DNA of 64,000 nucleotides from Eledone cirrhosa (Eukaryota): positions 187,674,001-187,738,000 of the forward strand of contig OZ024743.1 of the NCBI GenBank assembly GCA_964016885.1. Direction: 5' to 3'. The notes below the pieces were generated by a model. The model worked only from the letters and a program-made list of their open reading frames with translations. It ran no database searches and was not told the DNA's origin. Shown here piece by piece: positions 1-11,736 of this stretch. The number at the start of each line of letters is the position of its first letter. Within the stretch, counting starts at the first letter, position 1. A program made the translations under genes and the position numbers.

Positions 1-231
1 TATATCAAATTTGTGTAATTTGCTAAACAACCAAAATGCCCTTCCTCGCAGTAGCAGATTAACATAAAGTAAGTAAGTAGCAGTCTGTGACCGAGTTTTT
101 AATACCAACGCTGACTGACTGCCCAGGTCACGTGATTCATATGCAAATGTGTGAGCACGTGTAAATTGAATAGAAATTTAACAGTCCATACAACAATGAG
201 GTTGTGAGTTCGATTCCCAGTCCATACAACA
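1..231 (-). repeat. 3' LTR (partial, begins before the window)
   Basis: Aligns to 4655-4887 with about 7 substitutions and 2 small indels by eye. Ends TACAACA at 231, next to the polypurine tract. Confidence 0.95.
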
Positions 232-265
232 CCTCCCCACCGAAATTGATGCGACAAAAGAAGCA

Positions 266-975
266 TCAACAGCAAAGTCTCTCTGGGGGTTTACGAGTTC
301 TCTTGGACCGTCTTCTATTGTCTGGTCCATACTTTGGAACGGGCAACAAGGTCTTGGATCTGGTCTGTCTTGGAGTTAGTGGCACGATTTCCGAGATCTC
401 CATCGGGTGATCTGTTGCAAATTCAAAAACAGTGTCTACTGCATCACCAGATTCATTGTCTTCCTCAGTAGTGTACCGCGGTTGCAGCTGTTCCCAGTGT
501 CGTCTCCACACCGGGCCATGAGGTATGACCTTAACGTTGAAGCAGCGAGTACCCAATGACTTCTTAATGATTGCTGGTACCCATCGGGGATCTTTGTCTC
601 GGCGAGGTCCGTAGTACAGTGCATACACAGGATCTCCAGCCTTGTACTGCCTGGTAACCTTAGCGACACCTGCCGAGTCCGGAGTCATCTGAGACTTATA
701 TGCTTCCTTAGACTGCTTGCCTTGAGCGATGTGTGCTGGCGAGGGCAGCAGAGAATCAATCCTTGTCTGTATCTGCCGGTGATTCAAAAGTTCACTCGGA
801 GAGAATTCACTGGATGTCGGTGTTCTCCGGTACTGCATCAAGAACTCTTGAAGTGCTCGCTTCGGCGGAAGAGAAGTCTTCCTCAGAGCTTGTTTGAAGG
901 TCTGCACCAAACATTCCGCTGCTCCGTTAGTAGCTGGGTGGTAAGGTGCCCCTGTCAGGTGCGTGATCCCACTTC
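266..975 (-). CDS. Integrase C-terminal half, out of frame with the upstream pol (single frameshift near 972)
   Basis: GITHLTGAPYHPATNGAAE.LVQTFKQAL...YRRTP...SPSELL continues the integrase core directly after WCKE, in another frame. Confidence 0.9.
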
Positions 976-3900
976 TTTGCACCAGCACTGGAACTCCTCA
1001 GAAATAAAAGTTGGTGCGTTATCGGTGACTAGCGTGTGAGGAAATCCGAAGTGCGCAAAGTCTTCTTCAAGCAGATCTAAAGTGGCTCTGGAGGACGTGG
1101 ATGACGTAGGATGAATGCATGGATACTTGGAATAAGCATCCGTGATCACCAACCAATTACTGCCCATGAAATTTATTGCGTGGTCCAGGTGTAAGTTGCT
1201 CCACGGATTTTCAGGTAACATCCATGGGTGAACTGGAGACTTGGATGGCTGGTTTTGATGTTCACCACATGAATCACATTGTCGACTGGTTTTCTCTATA
1301 GCAGCATCGATACCAGGCCAATAAACAGCAGTTCTTGCCAATTGTTTCATGCGCTCCATGCCAAAGTGTCCGAGATGCAGAAGATTGAGGATCTTTGGCT
1401 GTAAGATATGTGGAATCACAACTCTCGATCCATGGATAAGGCATCCGTGGCAGATACTGAGTGAATCCGATAACTTCCGGAACTTATTGACTTCGTCATT
1501 GATCTCAGTATTCTTTGGTGGCCAGCCTTCACGGACGTAGCGTATCACTGTAGATATCACTGGATCTTTCCCCGACTCTTGACGGAGGACGTTAGCATCG
1601 ATAGGTTGGACTTGAAGACTGAGAGATTTGATGGCGCACAACATGTCCATGTCTTCACCATTTTCCTTCCTGTCAAAGTCGATGTCATTACCAAATGGCA
1701 AGCGACTGAGGGCATCTGCATTGCCATGATCCGCTGTTTTCCGATATTCGATGGTGTAGTCAAACTGGTTCAGCCACAGGGCCCACCATGCTCGTCGGTT
1801 AGCATCGAGAAGTGGCGACCCTTTCCTCGGACTGAACAGTGATGTCAGTGGCTTGTGGTCAGTTACGAGTATAAACTGATGTCCGTACAGATATTGATAG
1901 AACTTCTGCAAGCCAAATATGATGGCCAGGGCTTCCTTTTGAATTTGGCCGTAGTTACGCTGTGCAGAAGTAAGAGTCATGGACACATTGGATATTGGGC
2001 GCTCGCTTCCATCAGGATAGCGATGAAACAGGACTGCTCCAATACCAACGTTTGACGTGTCGCAAGCCAGTCCCAAAGTTTTGTTTGGATCGAAGTGTAT
2101 CAGAACTCGATCCGATGAAAGCACATTTTTCAACTGATCGAAAGCTGACTGTTCTTCATCTCCCCACTTCCAAGTAGTCGTTTCTTTTGTAAGGCAATAG
2201 AGTGGCTCTGCCATGCTGGCCAGGTTTGGGATAAACTTTCCATAGAACTGAACTGAACCCAGGAAAGACTTCAAGTTTGAGACGTTCGTTGGAGGTGGCA
2301 TCTTTAAAACTGCTTCGACCTTGGATCCCTTCGCGATCCCTTCAGCCGACAAGGTGTGTCCAAGGTATTCCACACTGGGTAGTGCAAACTGGCACTTGTC
2401 ACGGCGACATCTGAGTCCTTTGTCGCACAGACGTGTGAGCAGACACTTTAGGTTGTTCAGGTGATCGTTTGCATCTTTCCCACTGACGAGCATGTCGTCC
2501 TGGAAGACGGCCACACCAGGTAGATCTTGAGTCAGGTTTTCCATGATCTCCTGAAAGTAACCAGGTGCTGACTTGATTCCGAAAGGGAGTCGTTCCTTCA
2601 GGAGCACCCCACGGTGAGTGCTGAGTGCAAGCCTGCGTTGACTTTCTGGAGCCAGCTTGATCTGATTATAGGCATCAGCAAGATCAATCTTTGTGTATCC
2701 GAATCCACCTCCGAGCTTCTGCATCAGTTCCTCTGGGAGTGGCATTGGATGACGATGATCTGCAAGTTGGTCGTTAATTCCCACAGAGTAGTCACCACAA
2801 ATCCGTAGTTTGGGCTTCAGATTGCCTGAAGTATGTGCTTTACGAATCGGTACCACTGGCGTTCCGTATTCGTTGAACTGTACAGGCTTCCAGATTCCTT
2901 TGGCGATGCCTTCTTCGTAACCTTTGGCCAGGTCACCACGAAGAGCAAACGGGACCGGGCGTGCCTTGTGAAAGACCGGTGTCGCGTCCGACTTGAAATT
3001 CACTTCCAGTTCGAAGTCATTAAGACATCCCAATTCTTGCTTGAAGAGATCTGGGAATTCATCACACATGTTGTGACAATCTCGTTGCATGGAAATATAG
3101 GGCTCATTTGAGGTCTTTGGATGCATCACTTCTGCACCCTCACTCTTGGCCTGGCTGTCTATGCTTTTCAATCCTAGAGCGTTGTCCACGGAAATTCCCA
3201 GAGTCTGGATAGCGTTTCGTCCCAGCAAATTAAGATCAGGGATCTTGGTGACGATGTAGGGTATTGAATTCCGTTTACCGGTCGTTGGATCCTTGGTTTG
3301 ACCCATGAAAGTTCCCAGAGCGGGCAGGTCGTGTTTGCTGGCAGATTCAAACCGATGTTTGACATCTTGCAGCTTCAGTTTTCCTAATTGTTTCCAAACT
3401 GACAAGGAAACAAAATTGCCTGTAGTAGCTGTGTCCAATTCCATTGTGAAAAGTCTGTTCTGGATTGTTATTGGCACATTCAAACTATGAGTATCGTGGG
3501 GAACTTCACCAAGGATCGCCTTGACTAGCCCAGCTTTCGTGATTCTTTTCACGTAATTTTGTGAGCGATGATTACGTTGCTGATGTTGTTTCTTTCTACA
3601 CACCGCTTGCAAATGTCCCTTTTTGTCACAAAAATGACATTTGGCTTCTTTGAAGGGGCAGTCTGTCGCTTTGTGGGCCTTTCCACATCGGTAGCACATC
3701 ACCTGGTCTGTGGAATAAGACTGCTGATGGTTCTTTCGAGGACCCTTGTTCTTGTTCTGCTGGACCTTGTAGACTTGCTTGGTTTTGGAACCGTAAACAG
3801 TTTCCTTGGCAACCTTTGCTGCGTCTTCGGTCCCGATGGCAACTTGGACAGCACGGGCGAAATCTAGTTCTGTATCCTTGATTTTGAAAATAGCCTTCAA

Positions 3901-4527
3901 CACAGCTTCATTATTGACAGAACATATACATCTCTGTCTTAGAGCTTCATCTTGTGGATTTGTGATCGAAGGAAAATCACAGGTAGCTGCATCCTGACGT
4001 ATACGTGCTGCCAGCTCCTGGAGAGATTCGCCTGGCTTCCGTTGCATGTCACTCCTGTACTTGAAACGTTCTTTCACAATGAAAAGTTTTGGATCGAACT
4101 GTTCTTTCATGAAGTCAACAATTTCGTCCATTGTCAACTTGTTGATATTCTTAGGCGGATTTTGTTGAGCAGCCAGATTTGCAAGTTGTTTGTAGATAGC
4201 AGCCGTCTGATTAGTCAGGAACATTTGTGCCATGCGTTTCTCGGGTACAGCGTTAGCAGCCACAAACGTGCAGAACCTTGACCAGTAATCAGGCCATAGT
4301 TCTGTTGTTGAATCAAAAGCAGCAAATGGTGGGATGAATGCTGTTGGTGTCGAAGCAACTGGCAACGCCAATAAACTCTGTTGTTCAGAATCTCGAGCAC
4401 CAAACAGTTTTATCAGAGTGTCCATATCTTTCTTGTGTTGTTGCATTTGTTGTTCCTGTTGTTGCATTTGTTGTTCCATCTGTTCTCTAAACAACTTTAT
4501 TAGCTCCGCTGTTTGTTGTTCCGCCAT
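955..4527 (-). CDS. Gag-Pol polyprotein (gag, protease, RT, RNase H, integrase N-terminal half)
   Basis: ATG of MAEQQ at 4527. Two zinc knuckles CYRCGKAHKATDC and CHFCDKKGHLQAVC; protease MELDTAT; RT KIDLADAY...LPFGIKSAPG...FQDD; RNase H CDTS...EALA...TDHKPL...ADALSRL; integrase HLGHFG...CDSC, LHLDHA, TDNAP. Confidence 0.93.
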   Translation of the reverse strand: MAEQQTAELIKLFREQMEQQMQQQEQQMQQHKKDMDTLIKLFGARDSEQQSLLALPVASTPTAFIPPFAAFDSTTELWPDYWSRFCTFVAANAVPEKRMAQMFLTNQTAAIYKQLANLAAQQNPPKNINKLTMDEIVDFMKEQFDPKLFIVKERFKYRSDMQRKPGESLQELAARIRQDAATCDFPSITNPQDEALRQRCICSVNNEAVLKAIFKIKDTELDFARAVQVAIGTEDAAKVAKETVYGSKTKQVYKVQQNKNKGPRKNHQQSYSTDQVMCYRCGKAHKATDCPFKEAKCHFCDKKGHLQAVCRKKQHQQRNHRSQNYVKRITKAGLVKAILGEVPHDTHSLNVPITIQNRLFTMELDTATTGNFVSLSVWKQLGKLKLQDVKHRFESASKHDLPALGTFMGQTKDPTTGKRNSIPYIVTKIPDLNLLGRNAIQTLGISVDNALGLKSIDSQAKSEGAEVMHPKTSNEPYISMQRDCHNMCDEFPDLFKQELGCLNDFELEVNFKSDATPVFHKARPVPFALRGDLAKGYEEGIAKGIWKPVQFNEYGTPVVPIRKAHTSGNLKPKLRICGDYSVGINDQLADHRHPMPLPEELMQKLGGGFGYTKIDLADAYNQIKLAPESQRRLALSTHRGVLLKERLPFGIKSAPGYFQEIMENLTQDLPGVAVFQDDMLVSGKDANDHLNNLKCLLTRLCDKGLRCRRDKCQFALPSVEYLGHTLSAEGIAKGSKVEAVLKMPPPTNVSNLKSFLGSVQFYGKFIPNLASMAEPLYCLTKETTTWKWGDEEQSAFDQLKNVLSSDRVLIHFDPNKTLGLACDTSNVGIGAVLFHRYPDGSERPISNVSMTLTSAQRNYGQIQKEALAIIFGLQKFYQYLYGHQFILVTDHKPLTSLFSPRKGSPLLDANRRAWWALWLNQFDYTIEYRKTADHGNADALSRLPFGNDIDFDRKENGEDMDMLCAIKSLSLQVQPIDANVLRQESGKDPVISTVIRYVREGWPPKNTEINDEVNKFRKLSDSLSICHGCLIHGSRVVIPHILQPKILNLLHLGHFGMERMKQLARTAVYWPGIDAAIEKTSRQCDSCGEHQNQPSKSPVHPWMLPENPWSNLHLDHAINFMGSNWLVITDAYSKYPCIHPTSSTSSRATLDLLEEDFAHFGFPHTLVTDNAPTFISEEFQCWCKEVGSRT

Positions 4528-4612
4528 GTTTTTGTGATAAACAATTTCCCGGCAATGTAGGTAAATCCTATCGGCATTGTAGGTAAATCCTATCGTCAAC
4601 GCCCATAAACTC

Positions 4613-4887
4613 TGTTGTATTCCTCTCGGTACTCGCAGAGAAAACACAACGAGTTATATCAAATAATTTGTGTAATTTGCGAAACAACCAAAACGCCCCT
4701 CCTCGCAATAGCAGAATAACATAAAGTAAGTAAGTAGCAGTCTGTGACCGAGTTTTAATACCAACGCTGACTGACTGCCCAGGTCACGTGATTCATATGC
4801 AAATGTGTGAGCACGTGTAAATTGAATATAAATTTAACAGTCCATACAACAATGAGGTTGTCAGTTCGATTCCCAGTCCATACAACA
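4613..4887 (-). repeat. 5' LTR (275 bp)
   Basis: TGTTGTA at 4613 and TACAACA at 4887; matches 1-231. Confidence 0.95.
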
Positions 4888-5001
4888 GTATGTATGTGTA
4901 ATATGGGCATGGCTTAATTTATAATCTAATTTGTGTGTAAGGTGGTTTGAATTGAGCTGTAAGCTAATTATCTAAAAAACTTAGACATACATCCAACAGA
5001 A

Positions 5002-5162
<161 letters not shown>

Positions 5163-6039
5163 AATATAATGTATGGGTGTCTGTGCATTTGGCAATATCT
5201 ATAGGTGTGAAAAGGAAAAAAAGAAAATATTGCTCAATTGGAAAGAGAGCAGAATTATTAAGTTATTTATTTATGTTCAAACATGGAACAAAAACGCTAC
5301 CCAAAGGTTTTAAGTCCCAATATTGACCACACACCACAAATCAAAAGAGGCAGAAAAATTGTGACCTATCTTCAAGTGCTTATATGAGTTTGTAAGATAT
5401 AGTTAAAAGTAATGCATGCTACAAATGCTAGTTTACGAAAGAAACTATTATAACAAAGGGAAATAACTCCAAGATGAATATTTGAAACACAAGATAGTTC
5501 ACACATTAGTGTTTGTATGTTGTAGCAGAAGTATTGTATTATATGGTAGAATGTAATATAGAGATGGTAATATTTATTAAGGTATGGACTAGAGTAGGAT
5601 AGAAAGGGTATTATATTATGTAAGTGTGTAAAGAGAAACAGAAAGAAATAATATAATGGAAGTATATAAATCAAATTAAGGTGGTTGAAAATCAGTGGAA
5701 TTTGTTGAGTATTTTTACTTAGAAACCCGTTGGGTTTTGAGATGGAGGCCTCCTCTAAACATTTTGCTCTTTCAGTTCAAATAATTATTGTACAGAGATG
5801 ACAAACCTTGTAATAGTCTAAATTTCTCACTAAGACAAAGTTGACATCTCGAGATGACCATAAATAAATAATATATTTCTGCTCTCTTCTTGAATGAGCA
5901 ATGCTTTTCTTTTTCATTTTCACACCTATATATTTCTTCTATGTGGCTTTTTTGCACAGACCTTCAAATTTATTTCTACCCATTTTTTGAGCATTCTTCA
6001 GACTTTAGATATTGTTGTCACTACTACATATGGATCTAT

Positions 6040-8015
6040 ATGAGATTAACTATTCAACCAAAAACATACTGCCACCTACCAACATCTCTTACACCAAAAT
6101 GCTTCTCAAAAAATTATATTTTGTATATATATTGAGGTAGAAGGCTCTTAATTCAATTAAGTCTTAGCCCCATTTGAAGCTGGTCTGTTAGATATAATTG
6201 TGACCATAAAGTTTCATTAGTACCTTCCAGCATATAGTTGTAAAGGACATTAAAAATTCAAATCCACTAAGAATGTTCTTTTTATTTTCGGTCAAAACAA
6301 AAATTTCTATCAAATGGATAAAGAAATATATACAACCTTATACTTAATAACATACCCAATAAATAATAAAAAGCTAAACCTAACACCTATTATAAGATTA
6401 ATGATGAGGTCAAAGGTATTGCCATAAATTTCTAAATAGACAATAGAGTTGAATGTTTCGCAGAACGTGATACATTCATTACCCTGAAGGATCACAAACC
6501 CGATTTTACTAACATGCCTACCTGTAGGCTAATAAATCCTGCAAGGACAGAGTTAGGACTAACTAGTAAACATTTTTTAAGAGGCATCAAAACCTGTATT
6601 ATTAAAAACACCAATCTCTCATTGTGGAATAAAGTATTGTCATATCCTGGTTCACAGAAATCCCCTTTAAGAACAAGATCAAATTCACACAGTTTGATAT
6701 CATAGATTTTTATCCCTCTATTTCTAGGACACTTTTGAATAACACCTTAGACTCTGCTCGTTCTTTTGTATATATCAGTGTCATGGAATATGACCTTATA
6801 TTCCATGCCCATAGAACCCTCCTATTTAGTAATTGTATTACTTTGGTAAATAAAATCTGATCCTGATGATTCTTTTAATGTCTCCATGGGGTCCTATGAT
6901 GGTGCTGATGTTTGTAATCTTATCGGCTTATACATTCTTCACACCATAAAGTCTAAATTCTCCAACCACTCCTTTGGTCTATACCGTGATGATGGTCTTA
7001 CTTTTTCACATGACTGTAATGGACAGACTGTGAACAGATTCCATAAAAATTTAATTGACACCTTTCATGCACTAGGACTTAAAATTACGGTTGATACAAA
7101 TCTTACTAATGCAAATTTCCTTGCTGTAAACTTCGACCTAACCACAGCTTCATATAAACCACACCATGAACCTAAGGAAAAATTGAAATATATTAATAAA
7201 GCCTCATTCCATCCCCAGCTGTTTAAAAAAACCAACTAATTTCTAATATTAGTCATAGGATCACAAATCTATCAGCAACTAGGATGATTTTTGTTAAGGC
7301 TGTTTCTTACTACAACCAAGCCCTCATAGATAGTGGTTTTAAGGAAAAGAATTAAGTATACATCCAATCATCCCAACCCAACCATATTAAAAATGCTAAC
7401 AGAAAAAGAAGAATTATCTGGTTCACACCCCACTTTTCCCTTAAAGTAAAGACTAATGTAGGTAAGATATCTTTAAGATTTAATAGATAAACATTTCTCA
7501 CCACAACATAGATATAGTAAAATATTCCATCAAGATATTTTATTCATATGGATCGTCTATCCGATCAAAAATTACTGCAAAGTATAAATCTGATGTTAAT
7601 CCAATATGCTCTCGTAGGATTAAAGAGAACTTCCATCTCCAACAGAAATATCAAATCTGTTATGTATAACGCAGTGATAACACACCGTTTTACATGCATC
7701 TCACTCCTTACAATAATTGTTTCTACTTTAGGCACAAGGCCAGCAATTACCCAGTGCATTACTGGTACTTTATTTTATCGACCCCGTAAGGATGAAAGGC
7801 AAAGTCAACCTCGGCGGGATTTGAACTCAGATCGTAAAGGGACGTAACTATGCTGGAAAGCATGGCGTCCGACCCTCCACCGATACTGCCAATGGTTGCA
7901 AGAGATGTTATCTCTGTCTTACTGAGAAATTTAGAATATTACAAGGTTTGTCATCTCTGAATAATAATTATTTGAGCTCAAAGAGCGAAATGCTTAAAGG
8001 AGGCCTCCATCTCTA
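6040..8015 (+). pseudogene. PLE reverse transcriptase + GIY-YIG endonuclease, frameshifted, interrupted by a SINE and a deletion
   Basis: ORFs 6514-6705 and 6886-7239 (YRDD catalytic motif) are pieces of one RT; CxLCLxEK GIY-YIG tail at about 7903-7930. Confidence 0.85.
7712..7893 (-). mobile_element. tRNA-headed SINE family A (central GCCTTTCATCCTTACGGGGTCGATAAAATAAAGTACCAG, Meta-domain-like)
   Basis: B-box GAGTTCAAATCCC; near-identical copies at 46738, 50580, 56705, 58831, 63152 and 63349. Confidence 0.88.
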
Positions 8016-9359
8016 AACACAACTACTTGCTAAGTGGAAATTCTCAACAAATTTCACTGATTTTTCAACCAAATTAATTTGATTTGAATACTTTCGTTAT
8101 ATCTTTTCTTTCTCTTTCCACACTTACATAATGCAACACACATTCTATACTACTCAATTCCATAACGTAATAAATATTACCATCTCTATATTACATTCCA
8201 ACACATATCACAAAACTTCTGCTACAACATACAAACACTAACATGTGAACCATCTCGCTTTTTAAATTTACATCTTTGAGTTATTTCCTTTTGTTATAAT
8301 ACATGTTTTCGTATACTGGCATTTGTGGCATGCATTACTTTTAACTATAGCTTATAAACTCGTATAAGCACCTGAAGATAGGTCACACTTTTCCTGCCTT
8401 TTGTATTCTGGAGCTGTGGTCATTATCATCATTACAATTTATCATGTTATTAGTTATTTTTCTTGTATAGTTAGAGTGATATCTGTTATGCAACATTGCA
8501 GGAGTGTAAAATTATCTAATAGATGGTAGTAAGTAGGTTTAATTACCAGGCATTACATATCTATTACATATTTAGAATGTTGTTATTAATTTTCTTTATA
8601 TAGACGGAATATAATTTGATATTAAATTTGAAGGTGTGGAAATGTTTTTAAGAAACAGTAGCAGGCACAGACAAGGAGTTAGCATTTTACATACAAAATT
8701 AATATATAAAAATACATAAACATATGGTTAGATAAAACATAGAAGCATTCGAAAATTTATTTAATTTATTAGAAAATTTCTGTTTCACTAATAAACAGGT
8801 GCTGATTTAATTTACAGTATCATTCTTTTAGTCAAATTGTCCATGTTACCAAGTAAGAAACTATTGTAAGTATTAATGACTCTAATTAAGTTGGACTTAT
8901 CAATCAAATCATCTATTAGATTTACAAAATGAATTAATTGAATGTTTGAAATATTTTTATTCAGAAATATAGTGAACCAATGATTTTCTCATTGGGAACC
9001 AGAAATAAATGATGCTACTGTATACCAAATGCAATATAAAATAAATAAATAAGTACTAAGGTCAATTTAATTGATTATAGGCTCCTCCCAATTTTGTCTC
9101 ATTATACCTATAATAGTAAAATCAGTTGCCTAAATACCAGTAATAATTTTTAATTTGGGAACAAGGATCATATTTTCAAAGAGAGGTCTGCAGTCATTAG
9201 AATTTCCTTATTTCATCAACAAATTAATATAAAAATGAAACCTTATAAGATTTTGAAATCAGAAATGAGAAGCACAATACAATATCCTACTATGTTAAGA
9301 CATATCTACCACTGCATTTGGCTATCTATAATTTGTAGCAATCAACAATACCAATGACA

Positions 9360-9560
9360 AAGCTTTTACATAGTCACTTGACCTGCTAGAATCAGAAGCC
9401 ACATCTTCCACAAAACACACCTTACTTTTTTGAATAAAATGTCACATTGGTTAATATAGTCCTAGGATCTTTAAAAATACAGGATTGACACAACTAAAAT
9501 GTACTTAATCAGAGATCTGCATGATTACGTTTGAACTATGGTTAAACAAAAAAAAAAAAA
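9360..9560. repeat. Unclassified dispersed repeat (SINE-like)
   Basis: cttgacctgctag...agcc..atct..c.caaa.cacac motif recurs at about 34855-34910. Confidence 0.45.
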
Positions 9561-9924
9561 ACAGTTAAAATTGAAAATCTTGTTTAGATCAAGATGCATA
9601 CACATATGTACAAATGTATCCATCCATCCATTCATACATACACACAACACAAACACACACACACCTGTATATATATATATATGGCACCATGACAAAATCA
9701 CCTACTCCACACTGTAGGGGTGGGGGTCATATTCATGACATGACAGGATGTGTCCAGCCCACAAATGTAGTTGGCAATATAAAGGGCATCCATCCATAGA
9801 AACCAAGCCAGAAACAGTTCTGTATGAACAAGACATGGTCATCTAACTTGACTTGTCTCACAACAGGACAACTCTTTTAACCCATGCTAGCATAAAAAAT
9901 GAAAAAACGTATCCAAAATTAAAG

Positions 9925-10730
9925 TGCTAGTAAGTAGGAGAGAAGATATGACCCTGATTCCTTCAGGGATTTCGCCCTGCTCAATAGGTAGAAAAGGAGT
10001 AGGCATAAACTCCATTCAGTGCACACAATGTAAATCTTGGGGTAGACTAACAGAAAATAAAGATTTTGTATGTAGAAGATGCACAGGAGTAATCAAGGGT
10101 TAGAGCATTCTTCAAGTCACTGGATGGGTCCATAGAAGAGGTTGGTAGTTTCTGCTACCTAGCTGACTTAATTAGTAGCAGAGGAAGGTGTTCTGAGAAC
10201 ATAATAACTAGAATAAGGATAGGATGGAAAGCGTTTAGAGAGCTACTCCCACTATTGACCACAAAAGTTTTCTCCCTATGTGTAAAAGGCAATGGTACAT
10301 GTCCCTGAAACATGGTCTATGACTGTAGAGGACATGCATAGACTGGAGAGAAATGAAGCAAACATGCTTCATTGGATGAGAGAGAGACAGAGCTTGGACG
10401 AGCTGAGTGAGAAACTGGATTTAAGAAGTATTTGAGGTGGTGTACATGAGAGAAGTCTTTATTGGTAGAGGCATATGATGTGCATGGATGATGATCACTG
10501 AGTGAAGAAGTGTCAGTGGAAGGAAGCCACAGTAGAAGTAGACCATGAAAGACCTTGACAGAGGTTGTAAGAGCTGACCACAAATTACTGAGACTCACGG
10601 AGGAGATGACAAGTTAATGCGATGAGTGGAGACATGCTATACTGAGAGAGACCAATCCACCCCATGCAAGCATGGAAAAAAAATAAGCATAAAAGCAATG
10701 ATGATGATGATATCATCATTATCATGATGA
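9925..10730 (+). mobile_element. Decayed RTE LINE 3' part
   Basis: Remnants of PCS.GRKGVG.NSIQCTQCK, FCYLAD, GWKAFRELLPLL and GRP.KT; 3' CCCATGCAAGCATGGAAAA followed by a (GAT)n tail. Confidence 0.8.
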
Positions 10731-10927
10731 TCGTTTTATGTCAACTTTTCCATGTTGGCATAAGTTATACTTGATTTTTGAGGCAATTTTCTTCAGCTGG
10801 TTGTCCTTCCTGACTCCAACACCTTTCATCACTTGTAACAACACACGGAGTTACAGTTGTAAATATAAAAGTATTTATATGTAGATATCTATCTATATGT
10901 ATATATTCATTGATATTAATATTCATT

Positions 10928-11736
10928 GATATGCCTGCATATGAACTGCAATGTTACATGGCAGTGAGACCTGGGCAGTGTGTGCAGAGGATTTACGCAG
11001 ACTGGAGAGCAACGAAGCTTGCATGCTCCGCTGGATGTGTAATAGTAATATACGTGAACGGCAAAGCATAAATGAACTAAGGGAGAAATTAGGAATAAGA
11101 GGAATCAGATGTTTACTCAAGAGAAGACTACGTTGGTACGGTCACGTGAGGCGCATGAAAGACAACAGCTGTATAAAAAAGTGCAGGGCGATAAAAATAG
11201 ACGGTAGCCACGAAGTAGGCAGACCCAGAAAAACCTGGGACGACTTGATAAATTCCGACCTCACACACTTACACCTCTCCAAGATAATGTCACTGGACCG
11301 AGATGTTTGGCGCTACACAGTAATACAGAAGACCCGCCTTGCCTAAGTACAAAGCGAAACCTACAGTCAGTAGGCACTTCTAACAAAAATACACCCCCAT
11401 CCCACTACCCCACCGCATCCACACCACCCCTTTCAATGTAAATTTATGTTGGTACCACAACATCCAGTCCGAAACAAATGAGGTCGTGTAGGTGTCACAA
11501 CAAAAAAACCACACAGTCCACACTGTAATGTGGCCGTGTAGGTAACACGGTAAAAACCTCCCAGTCCACACTGTAAACGTGGTTGGTGTTAGGAAGGACA
11601 TCCAGCCGTAGAAAACCCGCCAGACAGTCCTATACGAGCAGGACAACCAATCTTGCCTCAAGTGGGAAAACTCCCATCCAAACCCATGCTAGCGTGTAAG
11701 ATCGACGTTAAACGATGATGATGATGATGATGATGA
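10928..11736 (+). mobile_element. RTE LINE, 5'-truncated
   Basis: ORF 10951-11346 MLHGSETW...LRWYGHV...GRPRKTW; 3' UTR and (GAT)n tail. Confidence 0.93.

Larger units (their letters stand above)
1..4887 (-). mobile_element. Ty3/Gypsy LTR retrotransposon (Mag/K02A2.6-like), near intact; 3' LTR cut by the window edge
   Basis: Direct LTRs at 1-231 and 4613-4887 with TGTTGTA...TACAACA termini. PPT at 232-241 (GGTGGGGAGG on minus). PBS-like GGCGTTGACGATAGGATT next to the 5' LTR. Domain order gag-PR-RT-RNaseH-IN. Confidence 0.97.
5203..8430 (+). mobile_element. Penelope-like retroelement (Naiad-type), decayed, with inverted upstream pseudo-LTR
   Basis: 5345-5853 is an inverted copy of about 7900-8402. 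The forward strand carries YSTKNILPP, LAPFEAGLLDII, TLKDHKPDF..PTCRLINPA, FDI.DFYPSIS, MGSYDGADVC...GLYRDDGL, IIWFTP.FS..VKTNVGK and C-terminal RCYLCLTEK. Degenerate HHR in the pLTR. Confidence 0.88.

Noticed and set aside
4528-4647. ORF-track N-terminal extension of gag (MFSLRV...)
   Set aside because: Starts at a non-ATG codon inside the LTR and crosses the PBS; the ATG at 4527 is more plausible.
8015-8430. SECIS element or selenocysteine codons in the Naiad-type PLE
   Set aside because: The copy is too decayed to separate Sec TGA from nonsense mutations, and I could not see a clear SECIS by eye.
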